This document shows positions 11,735 through 19,346 of a stretch of DNA of 64,000 bases, piece after piece. Source of the stretch: Anaeromyxobacteraceae bacterium (lineage in GTDB: Bacteria > Myxococcota > Myxococcia > Myxococcales > Anaeromyxobacteraceae); NCBI GenBank assembly GCA_047602405.1, contig JASGHJ010000002.1, forward strand, positions 96,001 through 160,000, written 5' to 3'. A program made the position numbers and the translations under genes. The notes below the pieces were generated by a model. It made no database searches. It was given only the letters and a program-made list of their open reading frames with translations, and had not been told where the DNA came from. The stretch's first letter is position 1. Each line of letters opens with the position of its first letter.

Positions 11735-12655
11735 ATGGCCCTCCCACCCGACGCGCCCTCTCCGGGGCCCGATCCCGCCGTCGAGGCGGTGATCGTGCCC
11801 CGGACCCGCGATCTCGGCGGCTTCGAGGTCCGGCGCGTGCTGCCCTCCGCCGTGCGGCGCATGGTCGGGCCGTTCGTGTTCCTCGACCAGATGGGCCCGG
11901 CGCTCCTCGCGGCCGGGCAGGGGATCGACGTGCGGCCGCACCCGCACGTCGGCCTCGCGACCGTGACCTACCTCTTCACGGGCGAGCTCCTCCACCGCGA
12001 CAGCCTCGGCTCCGTGCAGGTCATCGAGCCCGGGGCGGTGAACTGGATGACCGCCGGGCGCGGCATCGCGCACTCGGAGCGCACGCCGCCCGCGGCGCGC
12101 GCGCGGGGAGGGCCGATCGCGGGCCTGCAGCTCTGGGTGGCGCTGCCCGCCCGCGACGAGGACGCGCCGCCCTCGTTCACGCACACGCCCGCGGCCGCGC
12201 TGCCCCTCGTCGAGGGCGACGGGCTCGCCGCGCGCGTCGTGCTCGGGGCCTTCCTCGGCGCCCGCTCGCCGGTGCACGTCTTCTCGGAGAGCCTGTTCGC
12301 CGACGTCCGGCTCGCGGGCGGCGCGCGCCTGCGGCTCGAGCCCGCGCTCGAGGAGCGTGCGGTGTACGTCGTGGAGGGCGCGGTCGAGGAGGCGGGCGCA
12401 CGCCACGAGGCGGGGCGCCTGCTCGTGCTCCGCCCGGGTGCCGAGGTGGTGCTGCTCGCCGCGGCGTCGCCGGCACGGGTCGCGGTGCTCGGTGGCGAGC
12501 CGCTCGACGGCCCGCGCCACCTCTGGTGGAACTTCGTCGCCACCTCGACCGAGCGCCTCCGCGCCGCCGCGCGCGCCTGGGAGGAAGGCCGGTTCGCCGA
12601 GGTCCCCGGCGAGGGCGAGCGCGTGCCGCTGCCCGACCAGGCGCTCCCGCGCTGA
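11735..12655 (+). CDS. pirin-family protein
   Basis: GPFVFLDQMGP, HPHVGLATVTY, WMTAGRGIAHSE, QLWVALP. Confidence 0.95.
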   Translation: MALPPDAPSPGPDPAVEAVIVPRTRDLGGFEVRRVLPSAVRRMVGPFVFLDQMGPALLAAGQGIDVRPHPHVGLATVTYLFTGELLHRDSLGSVQVIEPGAVNWMTAGRGIAHSERTPPAARARGGPIAGLQLWVALPARDEDAPPSFTHTPAAALPLVEGDGLAARVVLGAFLGARSPVHVFSESLFADVRLAGGARLRLEPALEERAVYVVEGAVEEAGARHEAGRLLVLRPGAEVVLLAAASPARVAVLGGEPLDGPRHLWWNFVATSTERLRAAARAWEEGRFAEVPGEGERVPLPDQALPR

Positions 12656-12763
12656 CGCCGCGGGCGTCCGTGCGGCGAGCAGGAACGCCGCGCCGGCCAT
12701 CCTCCCCGGGGGGACCAGGGGAGGAGGCCGGCGCGGCCACCCGCAACGGCTGGCGCTACGAGG

Positions 12764-13612
12764 TCAGTGGTGCCCGCCCATGCCGCCGCCGCCGGGCATC
12801 ATGCCGCCGCCACCGGGCATCATGCCGCCGCCGGTGCCGGGGCCCTCGTGGCAGTCGAAGCGGCCGCCGAGATCGGCGCACGCGGCGACGCAGATCGCGG
12901 CCGAGCCGTCGGTGGGGGTCACGCAGGTGCCGGAGACCTCGCCGTGGCGGCCGACCGTGCAGGCCGCGCCCACCGCGAGGCCGGCGCAGGCGTCGGCGGC
13001 GGAGGGGCGGAGGTCGTGCATCGGCGCACAGGCGAGGACGCCCGTGCCGGCCGGGCCGTAGGCGCAGGTCCCCGTGTGCGTCTCACCCTCGCGCCCGGTC
13101 ATCGTGCAGGCATCGCCGGCGGCGGAGGTGGCGCAGGCGTCGATCGCGGCCTGCGGCGGCATGTGCGCACGGCCGCAGACGAGCGTGGTGCCGTCCCGCG
13201 CGGTGACGCAGACGCCGGTGTGCGTGTCGCCGTCCTTCTCGGTCACGGTGCAGGCGTCGGCGGCCGCCTTGCCGGTGCACGCGTCGACGAGCTCCTGCGG
13301 CGGGCCCTTCGGGTTCGGGGCGCACGCGACCTGCGTGCCGTCGACCGTCGCGCGGCAGGTGCCGTCGATGGTGGTGGTGCCGTCGGACGCGAGGAGGGTG
13401 CAGGCGTCGCCGGCGGCCTTCGACGCGCAGGCGTCGAGCTGGGCCTGCGAGGGCGCGCAGAGGAGCGTGCCGGTCGCGTCGGTGGCGGAGGCGATGGTCG
13501 CGTCGATGCCGACCGCGGCCCCCGAGGAGGAGGACTTGCCGCCGGCGCAGCCGGCCGCGAGGAGGAGGGACGCCGCCAGGACCGCGGCTCGCTTCGTGTA
13601 GGTGTGGGTCAT
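12764..13612 (-). CDS. Cys-rich repeat lipoprotein with Gly/Met/His tail
   Basis: Lipobox LAAGC; four repeats of P-x-DAC-x4-GDACT...GxC; C-terminus GGGMMPGGGGMMPGGGGMGGHH. Confidence 0.8.
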   Translation of the reverse strand: MTHTYTKRAAVLAASLLLAAGCAGGKSSSSGAAVGIDATIASATDATGTLLCAPSQAQLDACASKAAGDACTLLASDGTTTIDGTCRATVDGTQVACAPNPKGPPQELVDACTGKAAADACTVTEKDGDTHTGVCVTARDGTTLVCGRAHMPPQAAIDACATSAAGDACTMTGREGETHTGTCAYGPAGTGVLACAPMHDLRPSAADACAGLAVGAACTVGRHGEVSGTCVTPTDGSAAICVAACADLGGRFDCHEGPGTGGGMMPGGGGMMPGGGGMGGHH

Positions 13613-13679
13613 CGGGGCTCCGGGGAGTTCCGGCTTCGGGCCGGTGCATTGCCGGCGTGCTGCCGGTCTCGAGGCGTAC

Positions 13680-13705
13680 GACGGAGGCGCGCGGCAGAAG
13701 GTTCC
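13680..13705 (-). promoter_or_regulatory. putative ECF sigma promoter for the lipoprotein gene
   Basis: GGAACC-N16-CGTC on the minus strand. Confidence 0.65.
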
Positions 13706-13753
13706 CGCACACCGCTCCGGGCCTCGCACCCGTCGCTGGAGTATCCTCCGGCC

Positions 13754-14386
13754 GTGCACCGGGAGGACCAGGACGCGCTCGTCGCGAGGGCCCAGGACGG
13801 CGACGTCCGGGCCTTCGAGCTCCTGCTCGCGGAGCACCTCCCCACGGTGCGCCGCTTCGCGCGCGCGTTCGCGCAGACCGAGCATGAGGCGGACGACCTC
13901 GCACAGGACGCCCTGCTGCGCGTCTACCGGAACCTCCGCCTGTTCCGCTGGCAGTCCGCGTTCTCGACCTGGCTCTACGCGGTGGTGCGCAACGCCTTCC
14001 TCGACACCGGCAAGGGCCGCTCGGGCCGGCGGCGGGCCCTCGAGCAGCCCCTCGGGAAGGAGCACGAGGAGCACGCGGGCGGGGTCCGGCCCGACGAGGC
14101 CGCCCTCGGAGAGGAGGAGCGGCGGCGGGTCTGGGACGCGCTGCGCCGGATTCCCGAGGAATTCCGCACGGCCGTCGTGCTCTTCGACATCGAGGGCCGC
14201 ACCTACGACGAGGTCGCGGCCGTCGAGGGGGTGGCGGTCGGCACGGTGAAGTCGCGCCTGCACCGGGGCCGCGCGGCGCTCCGTGCGCTGCTCGGGGACC
14301 TCCCGTCGGAGGGTGACCCCGAGGGCGACGAGGCCGCGGGAACCTCGGGGCGTCGAGCTTCGTCACACGGCACGAGGGGAGCATGA
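13754..14386 (+). CDS. ECF RNA polymerase sigma factor
   Basis: DDLAQDALL, FSTWLYAVVRN, YDEVAAVEGVAVGTVKSRLHRGR. Confidence 0.93.
   Translation: MHREDQDALVARAQDGDVRAFELLLAEHLPTVRRFARAFAQTEHEADDLAQDALLRVYRNLRLFRWQSAFSTWLYAVVRNAFLDTGKGRSGRRRALEQPLGKEHEEHAGGVRPDEAALGEEERRRVWDALRRIPEEFRTAVVLFDIEGRTYDEVAAVEGVAVGTVKSRLHRGRAALRALLGDLPSEGDPEGDEAAGTSGRRASSHGTRGA
14339..14364 (+). promoter_or_regulatory. putative ECF sigma promoter inside the 3' end of the sigma gene, upstream of the anti-sigma gene
   Basis: GGAACC-N16-CGTC, same architecture as 13680-13705. Confidence 0.6.
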
Positions 14387-14955
14387 GCGACCTGGAACGC
14401 GAGGAGAGGGAGCTGCGCGAACGCCTGCGGGCGCTCCGCGTCGATCCACCCGATCGCGGCTTCTCCGCGGGCCTCCACGCCCGCCTCGCCGCCGCCGGAC
14501 CGCCGGCGCCGGAGCCCTGGTGGCGCCGCCTCGGCGAGCTCCTCTCCGCGCCCCGCTGGGCCTGGCCGGCCGCCGGCCTCGCCACCGGCGTCGCCGTCTT
14601 CCTCGCGCTCACCTGGCTCCCCGGCCTGCGCGGCGGCGCCGGCGAGCGGGCCGCGCACGTCACGACGCTCCCCGCCACGCAGGTCGCGCTCGTCCGCCTC
14701 AACCTCTCCACCGAGGTGGACGTCGCGAACGCCCGCATCTGGATCACGCTCCCCCGCGAGCTGTCGTTCTGGGCCGAGGGCGAGGAGCTGCCGGACCGCA
14801 CGCTGGAGTGGACGCAGGCGCTCCGCCGCGGCGACAACGAGATCCCCGTGGCCGTGCGCGGCAAGGCGCCCGGCCGCTACCGCATCGCGGTGAGCGCCCT
14901 CGTCGGCGGCGAGCAGGTGAAGGACGAGGTCGTGCTCGAGGTGGTGGACGGATGA
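14383..14955 (+). CDS. putative anti-sigma factor (single TM, periplasmic beta-sandwich)
   Basis: ATGA overlap with the ECF gene; short cytoplasmic N-terminus, one TM (WAWPAAGLATGVAVFLAL), beta-rich C-terminus. Confidence 0.7.
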   Translation: MSDLEREERELRERLRALRVDPPDRGFSAGLHARLAAAGPPAPEPWWRRLGELLSAPRWAWPAAGLATGVAVFLALTWLPGLRGGAGERAAHVTTLPATQVALVRLNLSTEVDVANARIWITLPRELSFWAEGEELPDRTLEWTQALRRGDNEIPVAVRGKAPGRYRIAVSALVGGEQVKDEVVLEVVDG

Positions 14956-15362
14956 AGCCCGCGCTCCTCTCCCTGCTGCTCGCGCTGGCGGCGCCCGCGG
15001 CCGCCGACGGCCCGCAGTCGACCGCCGCCCAGGGCCAGGACGCCCTCGCCCCCGGCAAGGACGCCCCCGGCCAGCGGGTGAAGGCCTCGCACCGCGTGGA
15101 CGTCATCGCCCCCGGCGAGCGCGTCGAGACCGTCATCGATCGGCTGCGCGCCGCGCGGCCGCAGGCCACCGGCGCCGCCGAGGCGCCGCCGTCCGCGGAC
15201 CGCCCCGTCCGCCCGCCCGACGGCCGCGCCGGTGGCGAGCACGATCGCGCGGGCGCGCGCGGCGGCCGCGAAGGGCACGAAGGGATGCCGCCGCCCGGGA
15301 CCGCCCCGCCGGGCACGGCCCCCCCACCCATGGGTAGCCACGGCGAACGCCAGCATCGATGA
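14952..15362 (+). CDS. small exported Pro/Gly/His-rich protein
   Basis: ATGA overlaps on both sides; signal peptide MKPALLSLLLALAAPAAA; core HRVDVIAPGERVETVIDRLR. Confidence 0.7.
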   Translation: MKPALLSLLLALAAPAAADGPQSTAAQGQDALAPGKDAPGQRVKASHRVDVIAPGERVETVIDRLRAARPQATGAAEAPPSADRPVRPPDGRAGGEHDRAGARGGREGHEGMPPPGTAPPGTAPPPMGSHGERQHR

Positions 15363-17143
15363 TCGCGGCCACCGCGCTCGCGCTCGTCGTCGCCGCGTCG
15401 CCGGCCACCGGCCCGGACCCGCTCGCCGCGGCCCGGGCCGCGCTCGCGTCGGGTGATCCCGCGTCCGCGGAGCGGCTCGCGCTCGCCGCCGCGGAGGCGC
15501 GCGACGCGGCCGCGCTCTACCTCGTCGGCGTCGCCCGCTTCCGCCTCGGCCGCCCCGCCGAGGCGCTCGACGCGCTCGACCGGGCCGGGCCCGAGGGCGA
15601 CGCGCCCGGGCCCTGGAGCTACAACCGCGGCGCGTGCCTGCTCGATCTCGGCCGCCCCGAGGAGGCGGAGCGGGCGTTCGTGGCCGCGGCAGAAGCGGAC
15701 CGCGCGCTCGCGCCGGTCGCGCTCGTGAACGCGGGCTTCGCCGCGCTCGACGCGGGCGCGCTCGACCGCGCCACGGCGCACGCGGCCGCCGCGCGCCACG
15801 CCGCGGAGGGGCCGGGCGCCGACCTCGTGGGCGAGCTCGAGCGCGGGGTGGCCGAGGCCGCCGCGGCGCGGGCGACCGCGGCGTACGCGGCGGGGCTCGC
15901 GGCGTTCGACCGGGGCGACTTCGTCGAGGCGCGCGGCCGGTTCGTGGCGGCGGCGGAGCTCGCGCCGAAGGACGGGAAGAGCCGGCTCATGGCCGGGGCG
16001 AGCGCGCTCCGCCGCGGCGAGCGCGACGCCGGCGAGGCCGACGTGCGCCGGGCGCTCGAGCTCGGCCTCGCGGCCGAGGACGCGCGCGTCGCGCTCGCGT
16101 ACCTGCAGCGGCCCGCCGCCGAGGGCGCGTGGAGCGCGCTCGCGAGCGCGGAGGCCGGCTGGGACTCGAACGCCCTGCAGACCGGCACCGGCGTCGCGAA
16201 CGACCGGTTCGCCACGGCGGCCGGGCGGACCTCGAGCCCGTTCGCGCAGGCGGAGCTCGCCATCGGGTGGGGCGGCACGTTGAAGGGCCTGCGCCTCGAC
16301 GCCGGCTACGACCTCGTGCAGCTCGCCTACGCCGCGCAGGCCGCGCAGGACTACGGCGTGCAGCAGCACGCGGGCCTCCTCGCGCTCACCTTCCGGCCGC
16401 CGGGCCCGCTCACCCTCGGCCTCGCCGCGGAGGGGCAGGTGGCCTTCACCGGCCTCTCCGACTTCCGAGGGCTCCTCGCCGCGGGCGGGCTGCGGGGCTG
16501 GGCCGCGCTCGCGGAAGGGCGCCACCTGGCGACGCGCCTCGAGCTCGCCGCGGATCGCCGCCGCGGGCTCGACGGCTTCGGCTACCTCGGGGGGCGTCGG
16601 CTCGAGGCGGGCCTCTCGCAGGAGGTCGCGCGCTCGCGCGCGACGCTGCGGGGCGGGTACCGGCTCAGGCTCGACGACCTCGGGGACGACGTCGCGGCCG
16701 CCCCGGCCCCGCACGGCCCGCAGTGCGACATGATGGACGGGTGCACCGCGGCGACGATCTCGCGCTTCGGGCACCTCGGGCAGCTCGGTTGGCTGTCCGC
16801 GAAGGTCACGCTCACGCCGCGGCTCACGCTGGACCTGTCGGCGGGAATCGAGCGGCGGGTGTACCGGGGGGACGACCGGTTCCTCGTGACGGTCCTCGGC
16901 GGGCCGACGCTCGTGGCGTACGCGCAGCGGCGGAAGGACTGGCGCGTGACCGCCGGGGCGAGCCTCGGGCTCCAGCTCGCCGGGCCGTGGTCCGTCGTGG
17001 CGCGGTGGGACCACGTCACGAACCTGTCGACCCTGGACGGGCGGCGGACGGATTGCACGGAGGGCTTCTGCCCGCCGTCGCCGCTCGGGGACCGGAACTA
17101 CGAGAAGGACGTCGTGGGGGTCGGGATCTCGGGAACGTATTGA
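15359..17143 (+). CDS. TPR-repeat protein with C-terminal outer-membrane beta-barrel
   Basis: Signal peptide, Ala-rich TPR helices, GWDSN barrel start, alternating strands, terminal aromatic residue (...VGISGTY). Confidence 0.75.
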   Translation: MIAATALALVVAASPATGPDPLAAARAALASGDPASAERLALAAAEARDAAALYLVGVARFRLGRPAEALDALDRAGPEGDAPGPWSYNRGACLLDLGRPEEAERAFVAAAEADRALAPVALVNAGFAALDAGALDRATAHAAAARHAAEGPGADLVGELERGVAEAAAARATAAYAAGLAAFDRGDFVEARGRFVAAAELAPKDGKSRLMAGASALRRGERDAGEADVRRALELGLAAEDARVALAYLQRPAAEGAWSALASAEAGWDSNALQTGTGVANDRFATAAGRTSSPFAQAELAIGWGGTLKGLRLDAGYDLVQLAYAAQAAQDYGVQQHAGLLALTFRPPGPLTLGLAAEGQVAFTGLSDFRGLLAAGGLRGWAALAEGRHLATRLELAADRRRGLDGFGYLGGRRLEAGLSQEVARSRATLRGGYRLRLDDLGDDVAAAPAPHGPQCDMMDGCTAATISRFGHLGQLGWLSAKVTLTPRLTLDLSAGIERRVYRGDDRFLVTVLGGPTLVAYAQRRKDWRVTAGASLGLQLAGPWSVVARWDHVTNLSTLDGRRTDCTEGFCPPSPLGDRNYEKDVVGVGISGTY

Positions 17144-17169
17144 GCGGGAGGGTGTCCCTACCTTCCCCC

Positions 17170-18864
17170 ATGCTCTTCTTCGGCGACGCCTCCCGCTCCG
17201 CCGAGCCCCGCGCCGTCCTCGCCTCCCTCCGCGAGACCCTCGCGGCCCTCGCGAGCCTCCCCGCCGGTCCCGACCGCCACTCCGCGCTCGCCGCCGCCCT
17301 GGTCGGGTCCGGGATCCTCGCCCAGGCCCTCGCCGACGCGCCGGGCGAAGCAGGCGCCCCGGAGTCCATGGCGCTCACCGCCTCCCTCGCCCGCGCCCTC
17401 TGGCGCTCGTTCCGGACCGGCGGCCGCGCAGCGGTCCCGTCCGGTCTTCCGCTGGCCCCGCTCGAGGCGGCCCCGATGCCGCCGCGGGTCCGCCTCCGCC
17501 GCCCCGAGGGCTTCGCCCTCTACGGCCTCGCGCCCGAGGCGCACGCAGTCGCCGCCCGGGCCCTCTCGTCCCGCCGCGATCGCCTCGTCGTCCTCGGCCT
17601 GCGCTCCATCGGCACCGCGCTCGCCGCGATGGTCGCCGCGGGCGCCGGCTCGGACGCGACCCCTTTCACCGTCCGTCCCACCGGACACCCCTGGTCCCGC
17701 GAGGTCACCCTCCCGCACGGCTTCCCCGCCCGCGGCGCCACGGTCGCGATCGCCGACGAGGGGCCCGGTCTCTCCGGCTCCTCCCTCGCCGCCGCCGCCC
17801 GCGCGGCGCTCGAGGCGGGCGCGGCCGAGGTCGTCCTCCTCCCCGCGCACGCCGGCGGCCCCGGTCCGGCCGCCTCCCCGGAGACGCGCGCGCTCCTCGC
17901 CTCGCTGTCCACGCGCTGCGTCCCCTCCGGCCGCCTCGTCGCGGGCCGCGGCCCGCTCGCGCTCCCCCGGCTCGTCGAGGACCTCACCGGGCCCGCCGAC
18001 GGCCCCGCCGCATGCCTCGCCGGCGGAGCCTGGCGCACGCACGTCCCCGGCGCCGCGCGCGCGCCGTCGACCGGCTGGCTCGAGCGCCCGAAGCACCTCC
18101 TCTCCGCGGGCGGTCGCCGCTGGCTCGCGCGCCTCGCGGGCCACGGCGAGGAAGGTCCCCGCCGGCTCGCCCGCGCCCGAGCGCTCGCGGCGGCCGGGCT
18201 CTGGGGCGAGCCCGCGGGCCTTCGCCACGGCCTCATCCTGGAGCCCTGGCTCGAGGGCGCGCGGCCGTTGCCCGTCGCGCCGCCGCCCGCGCGGGCCGCG
18301 CTGCGCGCCGCGCTCGCGCGGTGGGTCGCCGTCGCGGCCGCGCGGCCGGCGCCACCGGAGGCGGGCGCCGATCCCGAGGCGGTCGCGCGGATGATCTCCG
18401 TGAACGCGGCGGAGGCGCTCGGCCCGGAGGCGGCGGCGGGCGCGGCGCGGCTCGCGGCGCTCGCGCCCGAGGTCGCCCGGCAGGCGCGGGCGGTCGAGCT
18501 CGACGGCCGGCCCGCGGCGTGGAAGTGGCACGTGCTCGCGGACGGCCGGCTCGCGAAGGCGGACGGCGCGGATCACCTCGCGGGCCACGAGCTCGCCGGC
18601 TGCCAGGACGCGCTGTGGGACGTGGCGGGCGCCGCGCTCGAGCTCGGCCTCGAGCCCGCCGAGGAGCGCGCGCTCGCGGAGGCGGCCCGCGCGGCGGGTC
18701 CGGGCGCCGACCCGTCGCTCTTGCCGTTCTACCGGGCGGCCCACGCGGCGCAGGAGCTCGGGCGCTGGACCTTCGCGGCCTCGTCCGCGGTGGGCCCCGA
18801 CCGGGCCCGGTGCGAGGGGGAGCGCGACCGGTACCGGGCGGCGCTCGCGGCCGCGCTCGGGTAG
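17170..18864 (+). CDS. hypothetical protein with PRTase-like motif and kinase-like C-terminal region
   Basis: EGFALYGL, GLRSIGT, VRPTGHP, IADEGPGLSGSS; C-terminal DG...W...G..KAD...D.LWDVAG. Confidence 0.65.
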   Translation: MLFFGDASRSAEPRAVLASLRETLAALASLPAGPDRHSALAAALVGSGILAQALADAPGEAGAPESMALTASLARALWRSFRTGGRAAVPSGLPLAPLEAAPMPPRVRLRRPEGFALYGLAPEAHAVAARALSSRRDRLVVLGLRSIGTALAAMVAAGAGSDATPFTVRPTGHPWSREVTLPHGFPARGATVAIADEGPGLSGSSLAAAARAALEAGAAEVVLLPAHAGGPGPAASPETRALLASLSTRCVPSGRLVAGRGPLALPRLVEDLTGPADGPAACLAGGAWRTHVPGAARAPSTGWLERPKHLLSAGGRRWLARLAGHGEEGPRRLARARALAAAGLWGEPAGLRHGLILEPWLEGARPLPVAPPPARAALRAALARWVAVAAARPAPPEAGADPEAVARMISVNAAEALGPEAAAGAARLAALAPEVARQARAVELDGRPAAWKWHVLADGRLAKADGADHLAGHELAGCQDALWDVAGAALELGLEPAEERALAEAARAAGPGADPSLLPFYRAAHAAQELGRWTFAASSAVGPDRARCEGERDRYRAALAAALG

Positions 18865-18873
18865 AGTGCGCCC

Positions 18874-19311
18874 GTGAACCCCTCGCACGGGACCGACATC
18901 GCCCGCGTCATCCAGCTCGCGGTGGCGCCGGTGTTCCTCCTCACCGCCATCGGCACCATCCTCTCGGTGCTCTCCGGCCGGCTCGCCCGGGTGGTCGACC
19001 GCGCGCGGGTCCTCGTGGGCATCATCGAGGCGGCGCCGCCGGACCGGCGCACCCCCGCCGAGGAGGAGCTCGCGATCCTGCTGCGCCGCCGGCACCTCGT
19101 GAACCTCGCCATCACGGCGGGCACGACCGCCGCGCTCCTCGTGAGCGTCCTCATCATGTCCGCCTTCGTCGGGTACCTCGTGGGTGCCGACTTCTCGGTC
19201 GCCCTCGCGGTGCTCTTCATCGGGGCCATGGTCGCGTTCGTGACCGCGCTCCTGTTCTTCCTCCGCGAGATCCTCATCGCGGTCGGCAGCCTCCGCCTCG
19301 ACCTGCGCTGA
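18874..19311 (+). CDS. DUF2721-family membrane protein
   Basis: IQLAVAPVFLL...RLARVVDRAR with three TM segments. Confidence 0.85.
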   Translation: MNPSHGTDIARVIQLAVAPVFLLTAIGTILSVLSGRLARVVDRARVLVGIIEAAPPDRRTPAEEELAILLRRRHLVNLAITAGTTAALLVSVLIMSAFVGYLVGADFSVALAVLFIGAMVAFVTALLFFLREILIAVGSLRLDLR

Positions 19312-19346
19312 GCTACACTCGCCGCCTTCGACGGAGGTCCCCCCGC

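Noticed and set aside
17132..17157. Third ECF promoter before the 17170 gene (GGAACG...TGTC)
   Set aside because: Both elements and the spacing deviate from the two exact copies
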